Below are positions 26,022 to 39,574 of a stretch of DNA of 64,000 nt, piece by piece (position 1 is the first letter of the stretch; each line of letters begins with the position of its first letter). The stretch spans positions 166,656,001-166,720,000 of the forward strand of contig NC_042998.1 of the NCBI RefSeq assembly GCF_006345805.1, in the 5' to 3' direction. The position numbers and the translations under genes are program-made. Below the pieces are notes generated by a model. It ran no database searches and was not told where the DNA came from. It was given only the letters and a program-made list of their open reading frames with translations. The DNA comes from Octopus sinensis. Its lineage: Eukaryota.

Positions 26022-28463
26022 GTTACATGATCAACGTAATATCTACAAATAGGCTGAAATTCTCTTTTACATCACATGCTCCCTTATTAAACAAGGCAGC
26101 ACACGTTAGATTATGTGGCCGTAGATAAACCACAAAAAGTTCGGGATGTCCATTGTTAGTGTGAGAAATAGGAGACAAATTATCCTTCTATCACACACCA
26201 GTACATAGTAGATAATATAGAGTTAGAACCAGTAACCGAAAGGATACCAGCATGGCCACAGCTGGAATACCTTTGCTCAAATGATGTTTCCTCCATCAGG
26301 GCTGCCCGGGGATAGAACAACTTCAATACACAAACACAAATATTTCGATAGTTAAGCGTTATACAAGCGTGCAAACATACCAAAACGAAAAAGAAAACAC
26401 GTACACACACATACACACACATACACACACACATAACTTTATACACGTGTGTGTGTGTGTGTGTGTGTGTGTATAGGGGTACAAGTGTGTGTGAATGTAT
26501 GTTGTGTAAGTAGGTTAATTCGTATGTGTATGCGCGTATGTAAAGCGTTAATGCATGTATTTATGTAACTGTAAATCTTACTGTGTCGGTATTGTATGCT
26601 TTTAAAATATTCAGCTGCACGCAACAGCAGGAGCATATATATATACACGAAACAGCTTGCTTAATTCGGTCAACTATTAGCTCAGTTTTCTCATCAACAC
26701 TTGAAAACAAAACTAATGCAATAAATAATAACACGGTCAACGACCGATGCTATATTTAATAGAGACGCTTCCACCACCACATTTTCACATCACCCTATTG
26801 CTCTGTCCTCCTCTCTCTTTCTCACTTCATATGTGCATGTGTTCGCGCGCGCGCGCGTGTTTGTGCATATATGCCTCTACGTGTCTCTGCACACACACAC
26901 ACGCGCACACACACACATACACACATATATACACACACGCGCACATGTTCTCCTCTCACTTCCTCTGTTTTTTCCTTGTCATGTATCTCTCGCCCCAATT
27001 TATTTCTCACTTGTATCCCGCCCTTCATATATATTTTCTCTCTATTCAAGCACGAACTTACGCACACACACACACACATACGCAAACGCCCTATCTTAAT
27101 ATCACTCTTTTATGCAGCTTTCATTCCGTCATTTTCCCATCCCCCCCCCACTTTCATTGTTTATGTGTGATTATGTATGTATGTATGTATGTATGTATGT
27201 ATGTATGCATGTATATATGTATGTATGTGTGTATGTATGTATGCATGTATATATGTATGTATGTATGTATGTATGCATGCATGTATGTATGTATGTATGT
27301 ATGTATGTATGTATGTATGTATGTATGTATGTATGTATGAATGTATGTATGTATATAGGTAGATAGGTATCTCTCTCTGTGCCTATGAGCATATATTTAT
27401 GTGTGTATGTATTTTTGTATACATATATGTGCATGTGTGGGGATATATACATATATATACATTTGTATGTATGTAAGTATGTATGTATGCATGTGTGTAT
27501 GTATGTATGTATGTATGTGTGTATGTATGTGTGTATGTATGTAATGTTTATAACACATCCAACTGATATATGCCATAAAAATAAAGCACTCAATATGAAA
27601 AGTTAAAGAGTTAAATTACTGATGTATGTATTTATAAAGTGTTGCTAATTCATTGCTTTACTTAAAGTTTCATATCAAATTCCGAAACAAATATCCATCT
27701 TAAGACCCCCTGGCCCATGTCAAGTAAATGATGTATCGCCGAAATCAAAAAAGATAGTTTCTTTTCGCTTCTATTTAGGGCATGCAAAATATTGGGGTAA
27801 ATCTCAGTTACTTTGTTAAATTCACAAAATATGTTAAATGGATGACGACAGATAAAGTAATTAAAGAGCTTATGAAAACTGGAGCAGTTAAAATTTCTAT
27901 CAAAATTAATGGAACGTTAAGGAGAACATGATAAGAAACTTACGGCTTGAAAGCGAAAAGTATACAGTTATTGTTTGGTAGTAAGATACTATAACATTAA
28001 TGGTGGTAAAAATTTAGATAGATGCATGGCAACAGAATATCTGCACAACCATATATTTTCATATCCACACAGAAATATAAATTTATATTCCTGGCAACTT
28101 CTCATAGTTAGTTGCATAAAACTGTTCTACCTGTGTACTTGTACTTTTCGAAAGCTTCAGATTTGAAATTTAAATATTCAACCGGTTTCGGTGCATAATC
28201 AAGGACAGCTTTTTCTCTGTAGTGAACACGTCACAATCTATTTCTGCTATTTTTATAAGCCTTTTGTTTTTATAAACCATTTTGCAACAGTCAATGACCA
28301 AATGTAAATCGTGTTTTGTTGTATGTTGCTAATTAATGTTTCTAAATGCAGAGGTATGTATCATCGTCATACTTTTTGCAAATCCCTTTCGGTCATGCCA
28401 AAATATAGTTTTGGGTGGTTTCAAGATTCAGTCTCGCAAAGTTAGCTTCTGCTTTATATATGA

Positions 28464-28800
28464 CTAGCACTATGACCAGGTAACGCCGCATATGCAGCTA
28501 CGTGCGTGCGCACATACACGCGAGTACTGTCCAAATCTCCGACCAATCACATACAGCTAGCTGGCATTCAATTGGCGTATCAAGTTTCGGGCATTTTGAT
28601 TGAGTTTTGGATAGAAAATTTACAAAAATGTCACTTCTATTGATTTTTTAATGGCTTTGCGTGGTGACTGGGGAAATGTAAAGATGTGCACGACCACCCT
28701 TGGACGGTTTTGAATGACCATAGAAAGTGTGAGCCCTCTAACTGAAAAATTGTGGATTTGTATAAAGGACACGCACACAGACATTTTGCCGTTTATATAT
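28464..28800 (-). mobile_element. Non-autonomous Helitron-like element, tandem with the next one
   Basis: CTAG|T end with decayed hairpin; 5' end merges into (TA)n. Confidence 0.55.
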
Positions 28801-28803
28801 ATA

Positions 28804-29198
28804 CTAGCAGTATCGCCCGGCGTTGCTCGGGTTTGTAAGGGAAATAATTATATAAGCATTTTTAGAGATGTAAAGTATAATAGCCATCTCAATATGGCTA
28901 ACCACAAAGGGGGAGGGGTGTTACTGTAGCTTTTTACGTTCTGAGATTTAATAATAAATTTTAGAGAGTTACTTCCCTTATATATGTCAAAAATGGATTA
29001 AAAATGGGAAAAATTGATGGTAAATTTTTTTTTAAATCGTAGACTCATCGTAGACGCGCGCTAATACCCAGACGGTCTCGATATGAATCACGACTATAAG
29101 ATACCCGGTTTTGGTTAAACTGCACCGCAAAATGTGGGAGTAGTTAGGAATCTAAATCGTAGGAGACAGACACACAACCTCACTTTTATATATAAAGA
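28804..29198 (-). mobile_element. Complete non-autonomous Helitron
   Basis: A|TCTTTATATAT at 29198; cccgagcaacgccggg hairpin then CTAG|T at 28804; inserted between A and T with no TSD. Confidence 0.85.
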
Positions 29199-29364
29199 TT
29201 TCCTCTATTTACATAATATTGAGGTCTCTTTCTTTCTTTTGTTATCTTACTGTTTTTACCAATATACATATATATATATATATATAAATATATATATATA
29301 GTTACAGAGATGTACTTGCATAGCAAGTGACTTGATCTGAGATCGTGTGCTGGAACGAAAACAG

Positions 29365-29623
29365 TTGCAGCGTTGAAGGTGTTTATAAGCCATTTAAGAA
29401 ACACACAAAAACCGTTAGATTCACTTCAACATTTAAATTTAATTTGTGAAAATATTTTCGTCGCTTTGAGACCGCGACCTGTTAGCACGATATTTTTGTC
29501 AGTGAACAGGTCGCGGTCTCAAAGCGACGAAAATATTTTGGCAAATTAAATTTAAATGTTGAAGTGAATGTAACGGTTTTTGTGTGTTTCTTAAATGGCT
29601 TACAAACACCTTCCACGCTGCAA
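29365..29623. repeat. Long inverted repeat: two 119-bp arms, 21-bp spacer, 5 mismatches
   Basis: Arms 29365-29483 and 29505-29623 compared base by base. Confidence 0.95.
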
Positions 29624-29988
29624 TATATATATACACACATATATATATATGTATGTATGTATGTATGTGTGTATATGTGTATGCATGTATGTGTGTGTGT
29701 GTGCGTGTCTGTGCTTGTGATTGTCCTCCACCACTGCTTGACAACGAATGTTGGTTTGTTTACATCCCTGTCACCTAGTGGTTTGACAAAGGAAACAGAT
29801 AGAATAAGTACAATGCTTACAAAAATAAAACTGGAGTTGATTCATTAAACTACAATTCTTCAAGGCATTGCTCCAGCATGGCCACAGACCAATGGCTGGA
29901 AAAAGCAGAAGAATAAAAGAATACATTCTCTGCTTTGGTCATATGTTGAAGGCATGAGAAAGCTTGAGTTTACATGAGAAGGCCTAAC

Positions 29989-30468
29989 AGACCTGGTAGA
30001 AACAGCAGCCAAATCTCCCTCAAATCACACCTTACTGTCTTATGTATGTATATATATATGAGCCAATGAGGGGGACCTCTACATGGTAGCTAGACCTGGT
30101 AGAAATAGCAGCCAAATTTCCCCCAAATCACACCTTACTGTCTTATCTATGTATATATGTATGTATGAGCCTATGAGGGAGACCCCTACATGGCAGCTAG
30201 ACCTGGTAGAAATAGCAGCCAAATTTCCCCCAAATCACACCTTACTGTCTTATCTATGTATATATGTATGTATGAGCCTATGAGGGAGACCCCTACATGG
30301 CAGCTAGACTTGGTAGAAATAGCAGCCAAATTTCCCCCAAATCACACCTTACTGTCTTATCTATGTATATATGTATGTATGAGCCTATGAGGGAGACCCC
30401 TACATGGCAGCTAGACATGGTAGAAATAGCAGCCAAGTCTCCCTCAAATCACACCTTACTGTCTTATC
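29989..30468. repeat. 107-bp tandem minisatellite, about 4.5 units
   Basis: Units start at 30081, 30188, 30295 and 30402; internal units almost identical. Confidence 0.95.
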
Positions 30469-31149
30469 TTTCTGCTACTTGGATATAGGTGTTATATTCG
30501 TTGTAAAAAAACTTTCCTGTCACACACTCACGCACACGCACACACACACACACACACACACGCACCCTCACACACACACACACACGCGCACACCCACTCA
30601 CACACACGCACGTTAGCTTACAATTTTATTTATATATTTGCGTGTCTGTGTGGAAAGAGGAAGTGGGAGGCAGAGTGAAAGAATCACTCACTACAGTAAG
30701 TCAATTACTTTCATTTTATTCGTTGCCCACTGTGTGTGTGCGTTTGCGTGTGCTGTAAACCAGACTAAGAAAAGCATTTGACACACACACCAGAATGTGA
30801 GTTTTCTGTAAATTTTGCTTAACTGGAGTTTAAATTTTAAAAACTGGACCTGGCATGACGCGATGCATTGTACTCTTAAAAATGCAAGGTAAATTGTAAT
30901 TGAAGAAATCCTATATTGTAGATTTGTATAACTCCCAAAGGGAGGCAGATAAAATCTGCCTTTTATAATAAGAGATAGAGATAACTAATGCTACTTCAGG
31001 ATCCATTTAGCAGGAAATTAAACAATAGGCCTCAATAGACATGGTACGTTAGTGGAATATAACGTTGTTCGTATATATTAATAGCACGGCTAAACTTTAT
31101 TTTAAGGTTATGTTTGTTGAATACTTTCCTATCCTATGACTTCTAGAAA

Positions 31150-31420
31150 GTGTTTATCGATTAAATTTTGGGAGGTTCTGTTCAGTTGAACTTAATACTT
31201 AGCAAATAGAATGTGTCAATCAGATGATAAATCGACGACTTTGTTTGCTGGTCAGTTTTGCAGGTATAGTTGATTGTTGAATCTGTTCCCTTTTAAAGCG
31301 TTGTTATAGTTACTTGTCGAAATCTATTTGGAAACAAACCTGATATCCTTCTACTTTTTATGAGATTCTGGTGGCACGAACTTTTGTTAATATATCTAAA
31401 CTTTTGATTTCAAAATTGTT
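31150..31420 (-). mobile_element. Possible Penelope-like RT C-terminal relic
   Basis: Minus strand FDK...YNNALKGNRFNNQLY resembles the Penelope YxNALxxSGF motif; frameshifted. Confidence 0.4.
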
Positions 31421-31739
31421 TATATACATTAGTATTTAAATCTGTAGCAACAAGGAAACTATGATTAAGTTGTTGCTACAGTGATTTTGTGGCCAAAAGC
31501 ATTGACTGGATTATGAATTTTCTTTGTGTAGTTGGTGGACCTGGAATTTTGAGAGACATTTACTCCGCCATCACTAAATAAAAAAAGACGAAGTCTAACC
31601 CCCCACTATTCCTGGGATGGGGTACCTGTGGGTTAGAGACCTCAGACACCTTCTCAATAGGGTCCTATCAGAAGCAATCGTCATTAGACGTTCCCGCTGG
31701 ATTCCAAGTGTAACCAAATGAGATTAATAATATTTTATT

Positions 31740-32830
31740 TAACTGGTAAATTTTGGAACAAGGCTCGCAAAGGTGGTAAGAAGATTACATCGACCACAAT
31801 ATTCAACTGGTACTTATTTTGTCATCAAACTCTAAAGGATGAAAAGCAAAGTCGACTTCGGCAAAATTTGAACCCAGAACGTAAAACCAGATGAAATGCT
31901 GCTAAGAATTTTGCCCAGATGGGCTGACAATTCTATCAACTTGCTGCTTTTCGGTTGGTTAATATTAGCTTCAAATTTTGGGACAATGCCAGCAATTTAG
32001 GAGGATTGAATAAGCTGATTACATCAACCCCAGAACTCAACTGTTACTTACTTTGTCGACCCTGAAAGATTGAAAAGTAAAGTGAACCCTGGTGGGATGT
32101 GAATTCAGAACGTAAAGACGGACAAAATGCCCTAAGCATTTTGCCTGAGGTGCTGTCAACTGGTTAATATTAATAACCCTTCAAAGGCAGTGAGCTGGCA
32201 GAATCGTTTTCACGCTGGGAAAAATGCTTAGTGGCGTTTCGTCTGTCTTCACGTTCTGAGTTCTAATTCCACTCAGGTTGACATTGCCTTTCATCTTTTC
32301 AGAGTCGATAAAATAAATACCTTGTTGAGCAGTGGGATTGATGTAATCGACTTACCTCTTCCCATTATTACTGGCCTTGAGCCAAAACATGAAACCAGTA
32401 CTAATAGCCCTTCGAAGGCGGCGAGCTGACAGAATCGTTAGCACGACGGGTAAAATGCTTCACGGTATTTCGTCTGCCGTTACATTCAAAGTTCAAATTC
32501 CGCCGAGGTCGACTTTGCCTTTCATCCTTTCGGGGTCGATAAATTAAGTACCAGTTGTGTACTGGGGTCGATGTAATCGACTTAATCCCTTTGTCTGTCC
32601 TTGTTTGCCCCCTCTATGTTTAGCTCCTTGTGAGCAATAAAAAAAAAAAGAATCGTTGGCTTACCGGGCAAAACTATTAGCGGCATTTCGCTCGTCTTTA
32701 AGTTTTGCATTCAAATTCCACCGAAGTCGATAGAATGAGTACCAGTTGAGCACTAGGGTCGATGTAATCGACTTAACCCCACCCGCCTAACTTACTGGCC
32801 CTGTACCAAAATTTGACGCCAAAATAAATA
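31740..32830. mobile_element. Cluster of five SINE family A copies (two minus, three plus)
   Basis: Repeated gtcgactttgcctttcatcc core and gtcgatgtaatcgactt motif. Confidence 0.88.
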
Positions 32831-33159
32831 ACCCTCCTAATGTTTATTACAGCTCTTTTATTGTTCCATTTAAGTTTCTTGTTAACGATTTCAGATTTAG
32901 CTAGCATTACAGCTTAAAAGTAAGTACCAGTCAAGTACTAGTTTCTTTATTCTATTTGTATTGACCTTGTATCTTATGGCAAGAATCATCATGTTTTGCA
33001 GAGGTCAAATTTGTCTTTCATTCTTTCACAGTCAATAAAACAACAGAAAAATACTGATGTCCATATAACTGGTTACCCCTCCTCCTCACAAAATCTGGTG
33101 TTGTGCCTATGTTATATAATTATTACTATCATCATCATTATTATTATTATTTAAAACAA

Positions 33160-33203
<44 letters not shown>

Positions 33204-33815
33204 TTCTTTGTTTTTATCTCTTATTACTATCAATTACAGCCTTCCTATTAAGTGCTAAGCGTATCCACCCTTTAGCAACACACAAGCACATACATAAACG
33301 CATTTGTACAGATACGCAAACAGACACATAAACACACTCACTTAAAAATAAACAAAACACAAATGCAATAAACTGTTTAAATGACGTAACATATACATAC
33401 ATACACATACATGCATACACACACATACACACATACACACATACAAACATACAGACGTAGCACATGTTTCCAATTACTTAACAATAGTACTACTCTTACT
33501 GATAACGACTAACGGGGGTCATTTTATGCTACTAGTACTTTTAGTGAAGGCGTCAACATCACAAACACGTCTTGTCTTCATCCCTCAGACCACGTCTCAA
33601 ATCAAAGATCGATAATATATTGTTCAGGATTGTCATTTTTTGTCCAAATAAACACATGTACTATATATTCTTTCTTGACTTCAGCTTTCTTATCATTCTT
33701 ATTTTACTGCCCTTTGAAAATCTGTCGTCACACATTTTGTGACCTCTTCAGCGACCCTCCATCCCACGTGTCTCCTCTTGTTCTGTTTAGTCCTACTGTA
33801 TACATGTATATATAT

Positions 33816-33863
<48 letters not shown>

Positions 33864-33864
33864 G

Positions 33865-34080
33865 TTGGTTTCAAAGTTTTGGCACAAGGCTAGCAATTAT
33901 AGGGGAGGAGTAAGTCGCTTCCATCGACCATAGTGTTCAACTGGTACTTGTTTTATCGACCCCGAAAGATGAAAAGCTAAGTCAACCTCAGCAGAGATTG
34001 AACTCAGAACGGAAAGAAAGATGAAATTCCGCTAAGCATTTCGCCCGACATGCTAACGATTTTGCCAACTCGCCTCCTTC
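33865..34080 (-). mobile_element. SINE family A
   Basis: Head to tail match. Confidence 0.85.
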
Positions 34081-34136
34081 TACATGTATACAGATATACA
34101 CACATGTATGTGTCTGTGTTTGTGCGTATTTATGAA

Positions 34137-34177
<41 letters not shown>

Positions 34178-34212
34178 CAGAGAGAGACAGAGAGACAGAG
34201 ACAGAGAGAGAG

Positions 34213-34495
34213 AAGGTGCGTGGCCTAGTGGTTCGGAAGTTGCACTCATGATCACACGATCGAGGTTTTGATACCCGGACCGAGCGGTGCGCGGTGTTCT
34301 TGAGCAAAACACTTTGGTTTATGTTGGTCCATTCCAATCAGCTGTAAATGGGTATACCGTGCGATGATGGATTAGCGTTTTCCTGAGGGGCAATTTTGGC
34401 CTGCTGCCAAGCCAGTGAGGTGGCATCATTGAAAGCTAAAACAAGGACAGAAAGCGCATTGTGACCAGCAATGTGTAACATCTGATAGTCTCGTC
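34213..34495 (+). mobile_element. SINE family C variant with an alternative tail (tail also at 19360-19470)
   Basis: tggcctagtgg A box, CORE-like gtgttcttgagcaaaacactt, tail ..ttgtgaccagcaatgtgtaacatctgat. Confidence 0.75.
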
Positions 34496-34549
34496 ATTAC
34501 AATGATACAGTGATATAAAAACATATAAGGTTCTTTTTTGGTGTGTGTT

Positions 34550-34885
34550 GCTTATCTTTTTATTGTTTCAGTCATTTGACTGTGGCCATGCTGGAGCACC
34601 GTCCTTGAGGGTTTTAGTTGAACAAATCAACCCCAGGACATTTTTAAAGTCTAGTACTATAATCTCGGTCTTTTCGTTTCTTTCCTTTTTTTTCCGCCGA
34701 ACCAATAAGTTACAGAAACACACAAACAGCGGTTGTCAAGCAGTGGTCGTGGACAAACACAGACACAAATACAACACAAACAAACATCTATCTATCTATC
34801 TTTATCCAGCCCTAGGGCTATGGGACTGAACCCGGAACCATGTGGTAGGGAAGCAAGTTTCTAATCACACAGACACGCCTGCGCC
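34550..34885 (-). mobile_element. SINE family B remnant
   Basis: Tail at 34550-34620, head at 34825-34885. Confidence 0.7.
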
Positions 34886-34893
34886 TACCTCTT

Positions 34894-34932
<39 letters not shown>

Positions 34933-34954
34933 ATATATATATAAAATAAATAAA

Positions 34955-35198
34955 TGCGCCCTTTTTAAAGCTTAGCCACGCTCATGGGCCCGGTTTCCCG
35001 GTTTCAATGGCGTATGTATTCCCCAGCTGGACCGACGCCAGTCTATCGCAGCGTTACTCATTTTTGCCAGCTGAGTGGATTGGAGCAACGTGAAATGAAG
35101 TGTTTTGCTCAAGAACACAACGCACCGCCCGGTCCAGGAATCGAAACCACAACCTTACGATCATGATTTCAACACCCTAATCACTAAGCTACGTGCCT

Positions 35199-35201
<3 letters not shown>
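34955..35201 (-). mobile_element. SINE family C
   Basis: tRNA head tggaggcacgtagcttagtg..ggtttcgattcc, CORE-like block, ccactcagctggcaaaaatgagtaa. Confidence 0.85.
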
Positions 35202-35255
<54 letters not shown>

Positions 35256-35367
35256 ATGGTATTTTTATATAAGCTTAAATCTTATGGCGATTACCGAGCA
35301 ATGACTAAGGAAAATAGTCTAATAAAGGGGCGTAGAAGCCCTCGACACAAAAAGGAAGGTTTTTCTA

Positions 35368-35432
35368 TCCGCGTGGGAGTCGAACCCACATCCTTTTATT
35401 AATGCGACTAAGTGTGTTACCTTCACACCAAT
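35368..35432 (-). pseudogene. tRNA-derived remnant with intact T-arm
   Basis: gtggg-ttcgact-cccac T-arm; no acceptor stem can be formed. Confidence 0.45.
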
Positions 35433-35443
35433 GTGTGCGTGCG

Positions 35444-35509
<66 letters not shown>

Positions 35510-35768
35510 ATGTACGTATACCCATACACTCACAAACAGATGTACGCCCATATATGGCCAGGCTTGTGAGGATATCAGTATGTGCATACATGTATGTTTA
35601 TTCGTGAATGTACTTTTATGCAGGCTGCGAAGGAGGCGTGCACCTCTCCTGACGTGCATAGAAGTAATAAATATGCAGACACCAGACTTGCCTGATGTCT
35701 GTCAACGACCCTTCATCACTCGAGGCGAGCAGGAAGTCAACAATACTTGAGATAACAGTTTTTTTATT

Positions 35769-35817
<49 letters not shown>

Positions 35818-36463
35818 CGTGAGAGATGTACTTTTCATCAACCAATCGCTGCAGTAATTATGGATGTACACTTCTGAGAAACGGAATAGTTTCTGAGAGA
35901 CTACAACACTATATACTAAACATGTATATACTACATGAGGTTCAGAGGTCTGTCTTGCAGGACTCATCTAAACCATTGCCGTTTTTGTAATCACATAATG
36001 ATTATATACACTAATAATTATATACATATACATACATTCGTACATATATATATATGTGCATGTGTGTGTATGCATGTATGTGTGTGCATGTATATGCATA
36101 TGCATCTATATATGTATAATTACATATTCTTACATATAAACACTCACAGGTACACACGCACACACACACACACAGAGAGAGGCACACACACATATACACT
36201 CACATATACTCGCAAACACATGTACATACACACTGCCCTGAACAGTTTCTTTTTGTACTTCATATATTCCTACTGTGAAGGTTACGCCCATTCCAGCCAG
36301 TTGCTTTTTGATAACGAATACAGCAAACAAGCGTGAAAGACACAAGGCGTGTATGTATGTATATATATATATACAAACACACGCCCAAGTACATACTCGT
36401 GCATGTATACATATGTACTCATACACATATGCAAATACGCACATATATACATACATATATGAA

Positions 36464-36686
36464 GGCGGTGAGTTGGCAGAAACGTTAGCGCGCCAGGCGA
36501 AATGCGTAGCCGAATTTCGTCTGTCGTTACGTTCTGAGTTCAAATTCCGCCGAGATCGACTTTGCCTTTCGGGGTCGATAAATAAAGTACCAGTTTCGCA
36601 CTGGGGTCGATGTAATCGACTTAATCCCTTTGTCTGTCCCTTCTTGTCCCCTCTATGTTTAGCCCCTTGTGGATAGTAAAGAAATA
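36464..36686 (+). mobile_element. SINE family A
   Basis: Near-consensus full copy. Confidence 0.9.
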
Positions 36687-37334
36687 TATACATACATATA
36701 CATACACACACTCATACACGCACACATTAGAGTTGTACTCGAGTAGTTGGGAAAATGCCCATGACTTGTAAGTTAAATTGCTTTATGTTTTACTTTAAGA
36801 TTGTTAAGTCGGCATCTGCAGGTAAAATATGAACAGAGGGCAATGTGGAGAGAGCTGATGCCCGAGTTAAGAAAGTAAGGTTGGACATGGAAATTGATGA
36901 GGATAGGAAGCTATAAGGTTTTGTTGAGTGGGCCGTGGAGGAGAGATTAAGCAAGCTATTACTTCAGAGTGTGCAGTCGTTAGAATAAGCACCTCTTTAG
37001 GCCAGATTCCCAAGGGAGTTCATGCATCAGCCCTTACTAATCCTTATTTGGATTACCTTATTCCAATGCTTTTTAGGAATGTGTGTAACAACAGCAATAC
37101 TCTACTTATTTGGGTGGCTATGAGGATTTCAGTCGTGTGCTTTTCTAGGATAGTAACACTGAATACATATGAGCAGTCATAATGAATTTGTGCTACTAAA
37201 AGACACTAGGTTGTCGACCCTCGACGAACGGATATTGTTCATCGAAGTGTTGCAGGTTTAGTGTGAGTTGCATATGAATGACTCATGTTTGAAGAGAGTA
37301 GGTAATACTAGGTGAATATATTTATATCTATGCA

Positions 37335-37995
37335 TACCTACCTACTCACCTACCTACCTACATACATACATACATACATACATACATACATACATACATA
37401 CATACATACATACATACATACATGCATACATACATACATACATACACACATACATACATACATACATGCATACATACACACATACATACATACATGCATA
37501 CATACATACATACATACATGCATGCATGCATGCATACATACATACATACATACATACATACATACATACATACATGCACGCATACATACATACATACATA
37601 CATACATGCATACATACATACATACATACACACATACATACATACATACATACATACATACATACATACATACATGCATACATACACACATACATGCATA
37701 CATACATACATGCATACATACATACATACATACACACATACATACATACACACATACATACATATATACATACATACATACATACATGCATACATACATG
37801 CATGCATACATACATACATACATACATACATGCATACATACATACATACATACACACATACATACATACATGCATACATACATACATACATACACACATA
37901 CATACATACATACATACATGCATACCTACCTACCTACATACATACATACAAACATACATACATACATACATACATACATACATGCATACATATAT
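37335..37995. repeat. About 660-bp (CATA)n microsatellite with CATG/CACA variants
   Basis: Read directly; it explains the 180-240 aa HTYI/MYVC ORFs. Confidence 0.97.
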
Positions 37996-38463
37996 GATGA
38001 CTGTCAACTCATGAACGAGGAAGGCTCTCACTGACCGTTAAGAACATTATACACTCAGAAAAATGTATACTTTACACTGGTGACAAATGAGCCCAGCTTC
38101 TGATAAACATGCACATCTGCAGACATTGCAGACCGAGCTTCTCCCATTCACTACACTAGCAGCGGGTGTTTTTCCGAAAATACTCATCCTTTCTTTTACT
38201 TGCCTCCTCCATTGGTGCCTATGACAAGCATTGCTTTTCCAGTTAGTCTCCCATATTACACATGCCTTCAACACACATTCATATATGCATGGAAACATAC
38301 ATGTTTAATTGCATACATATATACATACATATGTATATATATATTCGTTTTCTTCTAACGAACCGTAATATAGACACACGCACACGCTCAGACACACACA
38401 CATACACACACACATACGCACACACGCTTAAATGAGAGACAGAGATATTGATATATAGATAAC

Positions 38464-38513
<50 letters not shown>

Positions 38514-38519
38514 CATAAA

Positions 38520-38670
38520 ATACAAGTGCAAATTGAGACAAGAACGCAAAACATCCGGACAACTAGGTGATACAAAAAGGGACAACAAAACATCCAGATA
38601 GACGATACAAAAAAATAGGGACGGGTCATTCGAAGCTTTCTATCCTCAGTCAAGAACCAGATCATCCTCG
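38520..38670 (-). mobile_element. Penelope-like terminal repeat fragment
   Basis: Similar to 12026-12075, 12770-12860 and 43590-43680. Confidence 0.45.
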
Positions 38671-38778
38671 CAACTCTGTGTGTGTGCGTGTATGTGCGTG
38701 TGTGTGTGTGTGCATATATATTTTGCTGTAGTTTCGGCTCTTAGCTGCGGCCATACTGATGCACCGCCGTTTTGTGAC

Positions 38779-38896
38779 GCTTACAGCACCTAGGTTTCCC
38801 AAGCGGTCCCCCATCTAAGTACTAACTTGGGTCGACGTTGCTTAACTTCGGTGATCGGACGAGAACCGATGCTTTCAGCGTGATATGGCCGTAAGC
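38779..38896 (-). rRNA. 5S rRNA: Full-length 5S rRNA copy, probably a pseudogene or retrocopy
   Basis: GCTTACGGCCATATCACGCTGAAAGCATCGGTTCTCGTCCGATCACCGAAGTTAAGCAACG...TTAGTACTT...GGGAAACCTAGGTGCTGTAAGC; 9-bp terminal helix pairs; no oligo-T terminator downstream. Confidence 0.92.
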
Positions 38897-39129
38897 CATA
38901 TGTACTGTATATATAACAGTATACTTGCATAGCTCAAGTTAATGCAAACACCCGAATACAGGCGATCGTTTAAATATTTCATGTTACATGGTGACTTAAT
39001 CTGTCTACACTTTTAAAGATGACGTAATACAATAGGCTGTTACCCGGTCAAAGGCCTCAAATGCTCTATATATTTGCATTATATGCAGTATAGTTTTGTC
39101 ATTCGTGACGCTGCTTCAACATGACATTC

Positions 39130-39177
<48 letters not shown>

Positions 39178-39494
39178 TTCTCTCTCTCACGCTTTTTCTC
39201 TCCCATACGTTCTCTCTCTCTCTCTCTCTCACTCTCTTTTTCTCTCTATCTCTCTCTTTCACGCATATTTTAATTGTCTTATCATCTTTCATTATCTTAG
39301 TCTTGACTTTTTCCTCTTATTTCTCACACTCTCTTTATCTTCTCTCCTGTATTTCTCGTTCTGGCTCTCGACTCCTCCCTCTGTTTTCCTTCTTCCATTC
39401 TTTCCTTTCTTTCATTCTTCTCCTCTCTCTCACTCTCTCTCTTTCTTTCTTTCTTTCTTCCTTTCTTTCTCTATCTCTCTCTCTCCCTCACTCA

Positions 39495-39574
<80 letters not shown>

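Noticed and set aside
29989-30468. Regularly spaced repeats as a CRISPR array
   Set aside because: The whole 107-bp unit repeats with no unique spacers, there are no cas genes, and the DNA is eukaryotic.
33715-33760. Minus-strand CTGAAGA + gtcac/gtgac hairpin + GACA
   Set aside because: The core is broken and there is no stem I; at most a dead remnant. The same holds for 14095-14150 and 6945-6990.
37312-38034. Long ORFs (180-240 aa) of HTYI/MYVC repeats, and similar YI/CV/HT/ER/LS ORFs throughout
   Set aside because: They are translations of stop-free microsatellites, not genes.
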